Shown: positions 50,361-60,235 of the stretch, piece after piece
Numbering within the stretch: the first letter of the stretch is position 1
How the letters are laid out: every line of letters starts with the position of its first letter
NCBI GenBank assembly: GCA_039024555.1
Contig: JBCCQQ010000014.1
Coordinates: 1-64,000 of the forward strand
Reading direction: 5' to 3'
Source of the DNA: Cyanobacteria bacterium P01_D01_bin.156
GTDB taxonomy: Bacteria > Cyanobacteriota > Cyanobacteriia > Phormidesmidales > Phormidesmidaceae
DNA length: 64,000 nucleotides
The notes under the pieces: generated by a model
What the model saw: the letters and a program-made list of their open reading frames with translations, nothing else
What the model was told of the DNA's origin: nothing
Database searches by the model: none
Program-made: the position numbers and the translations under genes

Positions 50361-53300
50361 TTATGATGCTAAACCTAAGCGTTGTGAGTTATTGGATTTA
50401 GATCGATGAATCAACAAATGTGCTGCAGGAATAAAGTACAGCGCCAATAGCGTTGCCCCCCCTAATCCTCCGGCAATGGCAATTGCCAACGGCGGCCAAA
50501 ATCCAGTGGAATCTAATAACAGCGGCGTAAAGCCAATAATTGTTGTTACCGTTGTTGCCACCACATGGCGCGTCGCCTTCATCACTACCTGCCGTGTGGC
50601 CGCCGCATCTCCCTTTCGTGCCAGCGGATCGTCCCGTAGTGCGGCCAACACAACAATCGAGTCATTAATGGCTAAGCCAATTAAACCCAGGGTGCCAAGG
50701 ATAGCCGTAAAGCCAAATAGCGAGTTAAACAACCACAGTGCCATGGCCGCTAGGCCCACAGCAGCCACCGCAACAACCGCCAGCAATCCAGCCAAGGCAA
50801 AGGAATAAAACGACAATACCAACGTTGCCGTCATCAACACCACCAAAACACCCACGGTCGACAACAGATTACCCACCGCCGAACCCCGCGCATCGGCTTC
50901 GCCTCCATAGCTCAGGCGATAGCCCGTAGGCAGTTCAAAGCCTTGGTCTTCCAACGCGGTTTGAAACTCGGCTAAAACGTTGCTGGGCAAAGAGCCCGCT
51001 GTAATAAACGCCTGTACCGTATTTACTCGCTGCCCATCTTCTCGGGCAATGGTGTTGAGCTCCGGTTTTAGATTGACGGAGGCCACCGCAGAAAAGGGAA
51101 CCGTAGTGCCGTGGGCGCTAAGCAAATCTACAGAGGCAATGCTGGCCAGGTCACCTCTTTCCTCTTTGGGTAGCTGTACCCGCACCGGAATATCTTCGGT
51201 GTCTTCGAGAATGGAGCCGCCAAGCTGACCGTCTAGGAGAGTGCTGAGTTGGGCTGCGATCGCACCGTTACTCAACCCCGCTCGTCTAGCCGCTGCTTCA
51301 TCCACATCTAGCGCCAATTTTGGCGACAGTTCTGTCAGCGTTGCCCTGGTGTGGGTCACACCATTCAGCTGAGATAACATCAGCCGTAGGTCGTTGCCCA
51401 AGGTTCTCAGCTGCTCTAGATCCGGCCCATACAGACTCACTTCAATGGGCGCATCAAAGGGCGGTCCCTGTTCTAATTGTTTGACCAAAATTTGGGCATC
51501 GGGAAAGGCCGCATCCAGTTCGCTTTGTAATGTGCGAATGGTGCCCTGCAAGTCATCTGTGGATTCTAGCTGAACAATACCCTGGGCATATTCAGCAGCA
51601 TTACGACGACTGCCCACCACGTTATAGAAAAATGTTGGTGCGCTTTTGCCTAGGAACCAGTGGATGTCCTTAACGGCTGGATGTTGCTGGATGCGATCGC
51701 GAATAGCCAAAGTTTGATCACGGGTAACCGATAGGGCACTCGATGCCGGTCGTTCCAATTCAATCTGAAACTGGTCGCGATTGGTAGGCGGAAAAAACTG
51801 TTGTGGCAAACTGGCAAACTGAATAAAGCCCACCACAGGCAGCACCATAGCCACTAATATTCCTAAAATCGGACGACGAAAAACAGCCCTCAGACTTCCT
51901 TCATAAAGGCTAGAAAGCCATTGATTGGAACAGCCGCCAACAGCCCAATGTCTTGATTGTGCCAACGGCTGCCAACGATACACCAGACCCGCCAACGCGG
52001 CTAACACCGTCAATGACAAGGTTAACGAACTCAGCAGAGCCAAAATCACCGTACTGCCAATGGTGCCAATAAATTCTCCCGTCCCACCGGGCGAAGTGGC
52101 AATGGGCACAAATGCCAACACGGTTGTTAAGGTTGACGCCAGTAGAGGTATGGTCAAGTGCTTAACCGTCTGTGCCACCGCTTCCGCCGGACGACCGCCT
52201 TGTTGTAGGTGCACCCGCACCTCATCCACTACCACAATGGCATTATCAATCAACAGCCCCAGGGCAATAATTAACCCCGTTACCGACATCTGGTGTAAGG
52301 GAATGCCCAATGTCTTCATGCTGCCAAACACCATCAGGGTAGACAGGGGCAGCGCTATGCCAACAATCAAAGCCGAACGCCAGCCCAACACAATCAAGGA
52401 AATGGCAATCACTAAAACAGAGCTCAGCAAGAGATTGCCAATGACTCCATTTAACCGAGCTTGTACATATCGGCTTTGATCTAAGATCACGTTGAGGCCC
52501 AAGCCATCGGATAGGTTAGCTTCAAACGCTGCTAGCACCTTTCTTGCCTGAATGGCCCACTGGTCCACACGATAGTCAGACTGCACGGTAGCAGCCACCA
52601 CAATGGCGGGTTTTCCAGCGACTAGGGCTAGGTCCGAAACGGGATATTGCACCCCCTTGGTTACCTGGGCAATATCCCCTAATTGAGCAATCTGTCCCGC
52701 TGCTCCCACTTGAATGGGAATCGCTCGCACCCGATCTAACGAATCGAGCGCACTATCTATCTCGAATAAAAGTTCTGTATTGCCGCCCTGGAGTTCTCCG
52801 GTAGAGACTTTTGCATCGCTGGCCCCAATCTGCTGTGACAGCTGCTGCGCGCTAAGGCCGAGTCGTAGCAAATTCGCCTGGGCGACTTCCACCTGAATCT
52901 CTTCATTGGGTTCTCCAAATATTTCCACTCGGTCGGTGCCGGGGATATTTCGCAAGTTAGCTTCTAAGTCCTCGGCCACCCGTCGTAAAATGGCATAGTT
53001 AACAGATTCATTTAGATCCCAAGTCAGTCCCACAATAATGGCATTGGCCTTTACTTCAGAATCTTCGTACTCTGGACGACTGGCCTCAGCGGGTAGTTCA
53101 GGAATCACATCATCAATTTGACTCCGTACCTTGGCCCACACGGGCTCTACATTGGCCACTGTTTCCTTTATTTCTACGGTCACCACCGACAGCCCAGGAC
53201 TAGAGGAGGAGCTAATTTCTTCAACCTCTTCAATATCGGATAGTTCTTCCTCTATTTTGTCGGTTACCAGGGATTCCACCCGTTCCGCACTTGCCCCTGG

Positions 53301-53447
53301 AAAAATCGTTGTTACCGTTGACACTCGCTGTACGATCTCAGGATCTTCTAATCGAGGCAATGACAAAAAGGCAGAAAGCCCCCAGACAATCACCAACGTC
53401 AGGGTTAAAAACAACAGCTGTCGATTTCGAAAAAACAAATTAAACAT
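50361..53447 (-). CDS. RND efflux transporter permease (AcrB/AcrD/AcrF family)
   Basis: 1028 aa, about 12 TMs; LPRLEDP, IALGLLIDNAIVV and LASTLTT motifs. Confidence 0.95.
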   Translation of the reverse strand: MFNLFFRNRQLLFLTLTLVIVWGLSAFLSLPRLEDPEIVQRVSTVTTIFPGASAERVESLVTDKIEEELSDIEEVEEISSSSSPGLSVVTVEIKETVANVEPVWAKVRSQIDDVIPELPAEASRPEYEDSEVKANAIIVGLTWDLNESVNYAILRRVAEDLEANLRNIPGTDRVEIFGEPNEEIQVEVAQANLLRLGLSAQQLSQQIGASDAKVSTGELQGGNTELLFEIDSALDSLDRVRAIPIQVGAAGQIAQLGDIAQVTKGVQYPVSDLALVAGKPAIVVAATVQSDYRVDQWAIQARKVLAAFEANLSDGLGLNVILDQSRYVQARLNGVIGNLLLSSVLVIAISLIVLGWRSALIVGIALPLSTLMVFGSMKTLGIPLHQMSVTGLIIALGLLIDNAIVVVDEVRVHLQQGGRPAEAVAQTVKHLTIPLLASTLTTVLAFVPIATSPGGTGEFIGTIGSTVILALLSSLTLSLTVLAALAGLVYRWQPLAQSRHWAVGGCSNQWLSSLYEGSLRAVFRRPILGILVAMVLPVVGFIQFASLPQQFFPPTNRDQFQIELERPASSALSVTRDQTLAIRDRIQQHPAVKDIHWFLGKSAPTFFYNVVGSRRNAAEYAQGIVQLESTDDLQGTIRTLQSELDAAFPDAQILVKQLEQGPPFDAPIEVSLYGPDLEQLRTLGNDLRLMLSQLNGVTHTRATLTELSPKLALDVDEAAARRAGLSNGAIAAQLSTLLDGQLGGSILEDTEDIPVRVQLPKEERGDLASIASVDLLSAHGTTVPFSAVASVNLKPELNTIAREDGQRVNTVQAFITAGSLPSNVLAEFQTALEDQGFELPTGYRLSYGGEADARGSAVGNLLSTVGVLVVLMTATLVLSFYSFALAGLLAVVAVAAVGLAAMALWLFNSLFGFTAILGTLGLIGLAINDSIVVLAALRDDPLARKGDAAATRQVVMKATRHVVATTVTTIIGFTPLLLDSTGFWPPLAIAIAGGLGGATLLALYFIPAAHLLIHRSKSNNSQRLGLAS

Positions 53448-53543
53448 AACAGTTTGCTATTTTGCAGGGCTTGACCGGCTCCAGAACTCAAATCTGCTGC
53501 AGCGACCACTGTGTTTATGGCTAAACGCACAGTCATTTCCACA

Positions 53544-54836
53544 CTAGTTTTGGACAATCTGTCCAGGCACCAGACGATGGGTACCGCTCGTAATAATCTT
53601 TTCTCCTGGCTGTATAAGTCCTCTAACAAAAGCCTGATCGCTTTCGGTATAGAGCACCTCGACATCTCGGCGAGCTACCTCATACAGATCCACAGTCGTT
53701 TGCTCGTCGGGAGTGGCCAATACATAGGCCGACCATAGCCCCCGCTCTCCTGCAACAAGGGCGCTGGTGGGTAGCCAATAGCCCGTTTCATTCTGTTGGT
53801 CTTTTAGGCGTAGTCGTGCCGTTGCCCCAATGGTGAGCTGGGCGTCAGGGGGTAGTGTCACCACGACAGTAACGGTTTGACTAGCATCGTCTAGCTCCGG
53901 CAACAGTGCGGTCACCGGCCCGGTCCAGGTTTGTCCATTAACTTCAACAGCCTGAGAACTTCCCATCCTGAGACGACTGGCCATTTGATTGGGAATGCCA
54001 ATACGAGCTTCTAAAGCATTGTTTTCCACCAGACGCATAACCGTTTGCCCCGGACTCACCACCGCGCCTTCATCCACCAGCCTCAGTGCAACTCGACCAT
54101 CAAAAGGAGCGACAATCACACTTTTAGCAATGGATACATCCAAATTTTTGAGGCTTGCTTCAATTTGGTCCACTTGAGCATCCTGGGCACTCACCTGTTC
54201 AATGCGAGTACCGGCCTGCAGCTCATCTAACTGACTTTGGGCCTGTTGCAAGCGACTTTCAAGGGCAGAGGCACCAAATGCGGCTTCGTCTCGTTCTTCT
54301 AGAGAAATTGCCCCTTGAAGGTAGAGATCTTCCCGGCGCTCCTGCTGTAGACGGGCTAGCTGCAGCTGAGCCTGCAGATCCTGTACCGCCGCCCCAGCTG
54401 CAGCAATATCTTCCGGTCGCGGACCGCGTTGTAGTTCTTGAAAACGGGCCTGGGCCTGGCGACGCTGGGCCTGTAGCTGCTGTTTTTGGGCCTGTAAATT
54501 ACGGGTATCTAAACGGGCCAGGGGAGTTCCCTGGGCAACGGTTTCGCCCTCATCTACGAGAACCTCGATGAGGGTACCCGCTTGCTCAAACCCGAGATCG
54601 CTACTGCGTCGGGCGACAATTTCCCCCGTGTAGGTACGTTCTACCTGATAGTCGCTCGCTCGTTCCAAAACTTGAGCTTGAACGGAGAGGGGAACAGCAG
54701 GATTTTCTGCCACAGCCATTCCTGAACGAAAACGACCTAGCCACAAGGCGGGCACGACCACAACGGGCAATAGCCACAACCATTTCCAATTAATATTTCC
54801 GGCACCTGGGGAGGAGTTAGACGGTGATAGGACCAT
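53544..54836 (-). CDS. RND efflux periplasmic adaptor (membrane fusion protein)
   Basis: N-terminal TM, lipoyl half-motifs (VDEGETVAQGTPLARLD, IVAPFDG) and long coiled coil. Confidence 0.93.
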   Translation of the reverse strand: MVLSPSNSSPGAGNINWKWLWLLPVVVVPALWLGRFRSGMAVAENPAVPLSVQAQVLERASDYQVERTYTGEIVARRSSDLGFEQAGTLIEVLVDEGETVAQGTPLARLDTRNLQAQKQQLQAQRRQAQARFQELQRGPRPEDIAAAGAAVQDLQAQLQLARLQQERREDLYLQGAISLEERDEAAFGASALESRLQQAQSQLDELQAGTRIEQVSAQDAQVDQIEASLKNLDVSIAKSVIVAPFDGRVALRLVDEGAVVSPGQTVMRLVENNALEARIGIPNQMASRLRMGSSQAVEVNGQTWTGPVTALLPELDDASQTVTVVVTLPPDAQLTIGATARLRLKDQQNETGYWLPTSALVAGERGLWSAYVLATPDEQTTVDLYEVARRDVEVLYTESDQAFVRGLIQPGEKIITSGTHRLVPGQIVQN

Positions 54837-54844
54837 AGTTTAAT

Positions 54845-54932
54845 ACCCAAATAGTTGATATCCAAACAGTTGATATTCAACTTGTTACCTATTAAGTCGT
54901 AGCGTATACTCAACATGTTGGATATGTCAACG
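54845..54932. promoter_or_regulatory. Putative PadR operator array in divergent promoter
   Basis: Repeated imperfect palindromes of the type CAA(C/A)-N2-GTTG: CCAAATAGTTGA, CCAAACAGTTGA, TCAACTTGTTAC and TCAACATGTTGG. Confidence 0.5.
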
Positions 54933-54953
54933 TTCGTTAAGTCGGCAAACTTT

Positions 54954-55505
54954 ATGGCCCTAGCCCACACCATCCTCGCGCTGCTGGCGCAGCAACCCAA
55001 TAGCGGATACGACATTAGTAAGCGTTTTGATGAAGGTCTGAGCTGCTATTGGAAAGCGTCTCAACAGCAGGTATATCGAGAGCTAGGGAAAATGGAGGCC
55101 CAGGGTTGGGTCGATTTTAAGAAGGTGCCTCAAGATGGCAAACCGGACAAAAAGATCTACAACATTACCGATGCAGGCTGGGTGGAGCTCACGCGCTGGT
55201 ATGCCGAACCGACGGAACGCACTCAAATTCGAGAAGACTTGCTGGTCAAGGTAATGATTGGCTACAAGATGCCGAGGGAAATACTGCTCAAGGAATTGCA
55301 CCATCGTCAGGCACTGCATCAGGCTCAGCTAGACGAGTATCACACTATGGAAACCGCCTGCCTCAAAAACCCTGAGCCTTCGGTAGAAATGCAGTTTAAG
55401 TACCTGACTCTCAAACGGGGAATTGCCTATGAGACTAGCTGGCTGCAGTGGTGTGCGGATGTACTCGCTTTTCTGGACCAATACGATGCGGCGCGCGAGG
55501 ATTAA
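54954..55505 (+). CDS. PadR family transcriptional regulator (AphA-like, with C-terminal helical domain)
   Basis: SGYDISKRF, YWKASQQQVYREL and PDKKIYNITDAG motifs; divergent from the RND operon. Start placed at ATG 54954. Confidence 0.92.
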   Translation: MALAHTILALLAQQPNSGYDISKRFDEGLSCYWKASQQQVYRELGKMEAQGWVDFKKVPQDGKPDKKIYNITDAGWVELTRWYAEPTERTQIREDLLVKVMIGYKMPREILLKELHHRQALHQAQLDEYHTMETACLKNPEPSVEMQFKYLTLKRGIAYETSWLQWCADVLAFLDQYDAARED

Positions 55506-55600
55506 ATCATCCTTGATGTGCTCAAAGGTACCCCCAAGGGTGATGCGAAAGCCCTACTCACACTCCATACTCAAAGCAGTACTGTAGCACCACAGGTTCT

Positions 55601-56110
55601 ATGGATAAAACAACACTGCTGCAAGAAACTCTTAATTTTCGAGCTTACTGTGATGAAGACTGGCTCGCCGTCTGTAGTATCCACGATCGGGCGCGGCCCT
55701 ACGAACTCAAAGGAAGCTGTAGTCCCCAGGCTTTTGTGCCCCTAGCAGAGGATGCTGAAGACCTCAACAACTTCCATCACTCTGAAAAATTTGTTGCTTA
55801 TATCGGCAACAAAATAGTCGGATTTGTGGGTGTTGATGGCACGTTACTGTCCTGGCTGTATGTGTCTCCCGACTACTTTGGCTATGGCATCGGTCGCGAA
55901 CTATTGGCCTTGGCCCTAGAACTGACGGGTCCCAGGGCCAGAACCATCGTGTTGGCGGGCAATGCCCGTGCCCGGCACTTATATGAAAAGGCAGGCTTCG
56001 AGAGCATTCATACCTTCGAAAGTACTAATGCCGGCTACCCGTGTAATTGTTTAGAACTCGCCCTCAGGCAAGAGAGCGTGAGCCAACAATCACAATCTCA
56101 TGCCGCTTAG
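55601..56110 (+). CDS. GNAT family N-acetyltransferase
   Basis: LYVSPDYFGYGIGRELL and N.RARHLYEKAGF motifs. Confidence 0.9.
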   Translation: MDKTTLLQETLNFRAYCDEDWLAVCSIHDRARPYELKGSCSPQAFVPLAEDAEDLNNFHHSEKFVAYIGNKIVGFVGVDGTLLSWLYVSPDYFGYGIGRELLALALELTGPRARTIVLAGNARARHLYEKAGFESIHTFESTNAGYPCNCLELALRQESVSQQSQSHAA

Positions 56111-56428
56111 GAATCGCAAGTTTCAGACTTTGTTGTCCCGCTAATTACCCAACAAAGGATTGGACAAAATACAGCGCAGTAAACAGCTAAAACGGCAATT
56201 AATTCAGCAGTGTTCAGAGCATTAGATGTCATAAGATTCGCCTCCAAATAACGCATCGAAGAGGCGCGTTCCTTCGGGATAGGTTCCCTACTTCCGTCCT
56301 TTGAGCTGTGAAGTTCTTAAGTTCAAGGGATGAACGGGCTCTATGGCTATATTTTAGACTAGCCTTTACCGAACAATCAGTACGGGTAGCCGAAACAGCA
56401 GCATTTTACACAGAAAACAACAATAGGA

Positions 56429-56851
56429 TTACTGGGTATCCGGGTTGATGGGCGCGATGTACTGCTGATTCGCTCGAACATAGCAGGTATAAGAAATCGC
56501 TACGCTGTCAGTCACCCGCTGACGTACATCCATTAGGCTGGCTCTGACTTTAAGCCATGGCCGACCGTCCACAGTCTCAATGGCATCGCCTTGGTCAAAA
56601 ACAGAATCTACAACCGCGCCATAGGCTAGGGTTACAACGACATCCCCGTTGGCATCCCGGCAGTTGAAACCGGCTTTATCTGCTTCAATAATCAGCCACT
56701 GCCAGTGGGGATAGGTCCCTCGGTTCCCCTGGACCCTGGCCGAGAGAAAATCACCATTCGCATTTGTACCGGGTACGTCCGCCATTTGAGCCTGTGCTGC
56801 AGATGAGCAAATACAGACTAAAACTAGCGACCCTAGAAACCTACGAATCAT
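56429..56851 (-). CDS. Secreted hypothetical protein
   Basis: AGGAG RBS before ATG 56851; signal peptide ending AQA; C-terminal CYVRAN..YIAP. Confidence 0.7.
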   Translation of the reverse strand: MIRRFLGSLVLVCICSSAAQAQMADVPGTNANGDFLSARVQGNRGTYPHWQWLIIEADKAGFNCRDANGDVVVTLAYGAVVDSVFDQGDAIETVDGRPWLKVRASLMDVRQRVTDSVAISYTCYVRANQQYIAPINPDTQ

Positions 56852-56961
56852 CAGCAAAGAACTCCTAAACTTAGGTTGAGCAATGGCATAGTCCCCGATG
56901 CCACTATAGGTAAACAACCTCGCTCAGCACCATCCGAAAAATGTCTTAATTGGCTAGCCGC

Positions 56962-57000
56962 AATAACAAAACATGCGCCCATAAACTATGGACGCATGTT
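56962..57000 (-). terminator. Terminator after di-heme protein gene
   Basis: AACATGCG.CCATA / TATGG.CGCATGTT stem followed by TTGTTATT on the minus strand. Confidence 0.7.
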
Positions 57001-57045
57001 AAGAACGTTTGGGGTTGTGGCTACTGCAGGGATTACCCCTATGGT

Positions 57046-58428
57046 CTACAGAGACTGTAGGAAGCGGACCAGAGCATCACGATCCTCAGCAGACATGGCT
57101 TCAAACGCAGCTTTGGAGCTTTCGGCTTCACCACCATGCCACAGGATAGCTTCTTCAAACGTGCGGGCACGACCATCGTGCAGATACCCAGAGTACGGCA
57201 GCACAGCTTGGGCTAGACCAACGCCCCACAGGGAGGGAGTGCGCCATTCTTTACCCGTTGCTTCATAGTCAGCGCGATTATCCGCCAGGGCATCTCCCAT
57301 ATTATGGAGCAGCATATCCGTGTAAGGATGAATATCCTGGTTTTCGAGAGCCGGATATTTGTGACTGCCCGTACGGAAGCTGGATACATGACAGGCCACG
57401 CAGCTAGCATCGGTAAAGAGTTGTTCACCCTGCTGTACCTGGGGATCGTCCATGAGGGTGCGGGCTGGGGCAGCCAATGTCTGAGCATAGGCCGCAGCTA
57501 GAACCAGCTTTTCTTGGTCAATTTCTGCAGAGCCATCTTCCCCTGGGAACATCGGGCTAGTAATCCCCATATCGTTGACGTAGGCATCGGCACTCTGTTG
57601 CAAAAGATTAGGCGCATTCGCCTTCCAACCGAAGCGACCCAGAGCAACCTCCTGGGCCTGTTCGTCCCAGACGCGGTTAGGACGTCCAGAAATGCCATCA
57701 CCGTCGACATCATCCGGATCGGCGAGGGCAAGAATGTCGTCCTCAGGAATAGCTTCTAGCAAGCCTAATCCGTAGACATGGGGAGGAATACGAGGAGAAA
57801 CTTGAACAGTCTCTGGTAAGGGTTCACCGTTGGCCAGGGTGACATTGAACTGGGGAGAGCGCAATCGGTAAGGCGTGCCATCAGCGTAGCTACCAGCCTG
57901 TTCTTTCCAAAGAATCTCAACCTTAGCTTCTGGAGTTTCGCCGACAATGCTAAAGTCTTGCACCTGGTTACCTAAACCTGCCACGGGAGGGGCATTCTTG
58001 AGAGCGTCGGCCTTATCAACCACCGCCGCCGCTTCTCCATCAGTCACCCGTAATAATAGCTGGCCGGGTTCTGGCATACCGCGACCGTTGCGAATATGGC
58101 AGCTAACACAGGACACGTTATTAAAGACCGGCCCTAGACCGGACCTTTCTGTGCCAGGGGTGGACACAAACGCTTCTTCAAAGACCTCATCACCCAGATC
58201 ATGATCTACGGTTTCCCACTCAACCAAGTTGGGTGGAGCCTCTTCATAGGCGCTAGATGTGCGGTTAAAAGTAGTTGCGTCCCCTGCAGAAGCTACTGGA
58301 GAGATCTGGGCATTAACGGCACTAGAAAGAACGATGCCTCCTAAAGCAGTCAGTAACGTTGTGAGTAGCACAACTAGAGCGAAGCGTAAGCGCTTGGAAA
58401 AAGCCCCTAAGGCTCGTCGAAATTGCAT
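57046..58428 (-). CDS. Di-heme oxidoreductase family protein (DUF1111/DHOR, IrpB-like)
   Basis: Two CxxCH motifs (CVSCH, CVACH), GLGPVFN, GRFGWKA, WRTPSLWG and YLHDGRAR; signal peptide. Confidence 0.9.
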   Translation of the reverse strand: MQFRRALGAFSKRLRFALVVLLTTLLTALGGIVLSSAVNAQISPVASAGDATTFNRTSSAYEEAPPNLVEWETVDHDLGDEVFEEAFVSTPGTERSGLGPVFNNVSCVSCHIRNGRGMPEPGQLLLRVTDGEAAAVVDKADALKNAPPVAGLGNQVQDFSIVGETPEAKVEILWKEQAGSYADGTPYRLRSPQFNVTLANGEPLPETVQVSPRIPPHVYGLGLLEAIPEDDILALADPDDVDGDGISGRPNRVWDEQAQEVALGRFGWKANAPNLLQQSADAYVNDMGITSPMFPGEDGSAEIDQEKLVLAAAYAQTLAAPARTLMDDPQVQQGEQLFTDASCVACHVSSFRTGSHKYPALENQDIHPYTDMLLHNMGDALADNRADYEATGKEWRTPSLWGVGLAQAVLPYSGYLHDGRARTFEEAILWHGGEAESSKAAFEAMSAEDRDALVRFLQSL

Positions 58429-58563
58429 ATCAACTAGGTATTGGTAGATTACACATGTAGTCGGTCAAAAACCGCCGCGCCTAAAGCAGTATCAGGCTAA
58501 AGCAACACCTCTGTAGACATTGTTGCTGAGAGCAGCTGCTCAGGTGTCTAAAATTGTTGACGG

Positions 58564-59652
58564 CTAGTTTTGGACCAGTGGCAACACTTCGGTTTCCAAT
58601 AGTTCAAAGGCTAACTCAAGGGATGCCTGGGCCTGGACCAGTGATGCTACATCGTTGGGATTACCCATGGCCTGCTCAATATTGTCTAGGGCAGACACAA
58701 GAGAAGTTTGAATTTGATCATCAATGGTGGGATTTGCGATCGCAACCAGCTCACTCACCCCTGCTATGTCTTCACTAGGTTCACCAACAACGCCTAAATA
58801 GGCCGACTGAATTCCCTGTAAACTGCTGTTCAAAAGCTGTAAGGTAGTTGCATCAGGAGTCTCAGCCATCATCGCCGATGTTTCAACAATGTCAGGTAGC
58901 TCCTCACCTGCCACCACATCTAAGCTATTGATAATGGTTCGAACAATCTCTTCAGACCCCGCCTGCACCGACAAATAGGCAGCATTCCCTGGACTACCCG
59001 CCGTCGATAGCAGCGTACTATAAGCCGGGTAGCTATTCCACCCCGCCTGCCACACAGTCAAGATATCCGTAGTCACTTCCTGTGCCCTGACTGTCAGGGC
59101 TGTAAGATAGCGTCGCTCCTGCCTCGAAAAATCAGCAGCTGTTTTCTCACCCTCAGTAGACAACACATAGGCCATCGCCTCAAACCCCTGTAAAGACGGC
59201 AGCAATAATGCCACCTTAAAGTCCTCCGACTCAGCAACATCTGCTAACAGCAGATCGATCCCGGTCTCATCCACAGGAGATTCCAGGGCCGTACTATAGC
59301 CCAATGAATGCACTGGGCCAAAAGCAACAGCATTGCTACTAGCCCATTGAGACACGACATTGAGCCAAGCAGACCGTATCGCGGCCAAGTTCATCTCTGT
59401 CGGCTCACCTTCAAAGGACCGGGCTGCCTGCACTAGACTCTCCATGTGCAACCCCAATGCCTGATATCCAGGAATAATCACTTCGCTAGAGAACTGCCGA
59501 TTCAACTGTTCCATAGCATTTTCCATATCAGGCGTTGCCGCATGGCCAATCCCAGCCCAAAATACGGAAGTAGATACTCCAAGCACGCCCAAAAAGTGTT
59601 TAGGCACAGACAACCATGGACGCTCTCTATTACAGAAAATTGTTGGCATCAT
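58564..59652 (-). CDS. Imelysin family (IrpA-like) exported protein with degenerate metal motif
   Basis: Signal peptide; VIIPGYQAL, L.AIRSAW and FGPV motifs; upstream of DHOR gene. GxHxxE appears as GFEAMA. Confidence 0.78.
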   Translation of the reverse strand: MMPTIFCNRERPWLSVPKHFLGVLGVSTSVFWAGIGHAATPDMENAMEQLNRQFSSEVIIPGYQALGLHMESLVQAARSFEGEPTEMNLAAIRSAWLNVVSQWASSNAVAFGPVHSLGYSTALESPVDETGIDLLLADVAESEDFKVALLLPSLQGFEAMAYVLSTEGEKTAADFSRQERRYLTALTVRAQEVTTDILTVWQAGWNSYPAYSTLLSTAGSPGNAAYLSVQAGSEEIVRTIINSLDVVAGEELPDIVETSAMMAETPDATTLQLLNSSLQGIQSAYLGVVGEPSEDIAGVSELVAIANPTIDDQIQTSLVSALDNIEQAMGNPNDVASLVQAQASLELAFELLETEVLPLVQN

Positions 59653-59684
59653 AATGCACACACCCTCACTAGTAACGACTCTTG

Positions 59685-59728
59685 CAGGTATTAAATTTGT
59701 ATTTTCGAAAATACAAATTTAATACCTG
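59685..59728. repeat. Perfect 44-bp spacerless palindrome
   Basis: CAGGTATTAAATTTGTATTTTC|GAAAATACAAATTTAATACCTG. Confidence 0.95.
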
Positions 59729-60235
59729 TTAATACCTGCCTCTTTTAACTGACGGCTTATAAAGATTTAGCCCAATAGTCATCTGTCCGCCGTAGCAAGC
59801 GAAACACAAAGATAATATCGGAGTATCGAAACTCAATTCTTAAAATACTATGGAAGACGCCTGAATATGGCAGTAACCATTACACATTACCGTGTCTTAG
59901 GGATTACCCATAGGTAAACGAACATTCTTTGAAACTTGCTATTTCAAGGCATTAAGTCTGTAGCGGTCCGGATCAAGGCGTTTCCTTTCCTTAAAAGATT
60001 TTGAAGGTTATAGAAATTAGTTTCATGCTGGGTTGTTCTAACTAGCCAATAGACAATAACACCAAAAATAGTAATCGCAAAAGTCCTGGCGTTAGTAACA
60101 TCCCAACGCCAGGAAGTAATCAAGAGAGCTGATGGCAAATCTTCTTACGGGCCAGAGACGTGCCTAAGCAACTGTCGAATAGGTCAAAAGACCGTATGCC
60201 AAGGCCATGAAAGTCACCAAAGGTCATACCATCTC

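Noticed and set aside
59811..59848. Possible Fur box upstream of the imelysin operon
   Set aside because: Only a weak match to the 7-1-7 consensus; not distinguishable from AT-rich background by eye.
59944..60138. 64-aa ORF with a hydrophobic stretch
   Set aside because: TTG start, no RBS and no recognisable homology; cannot be supported.
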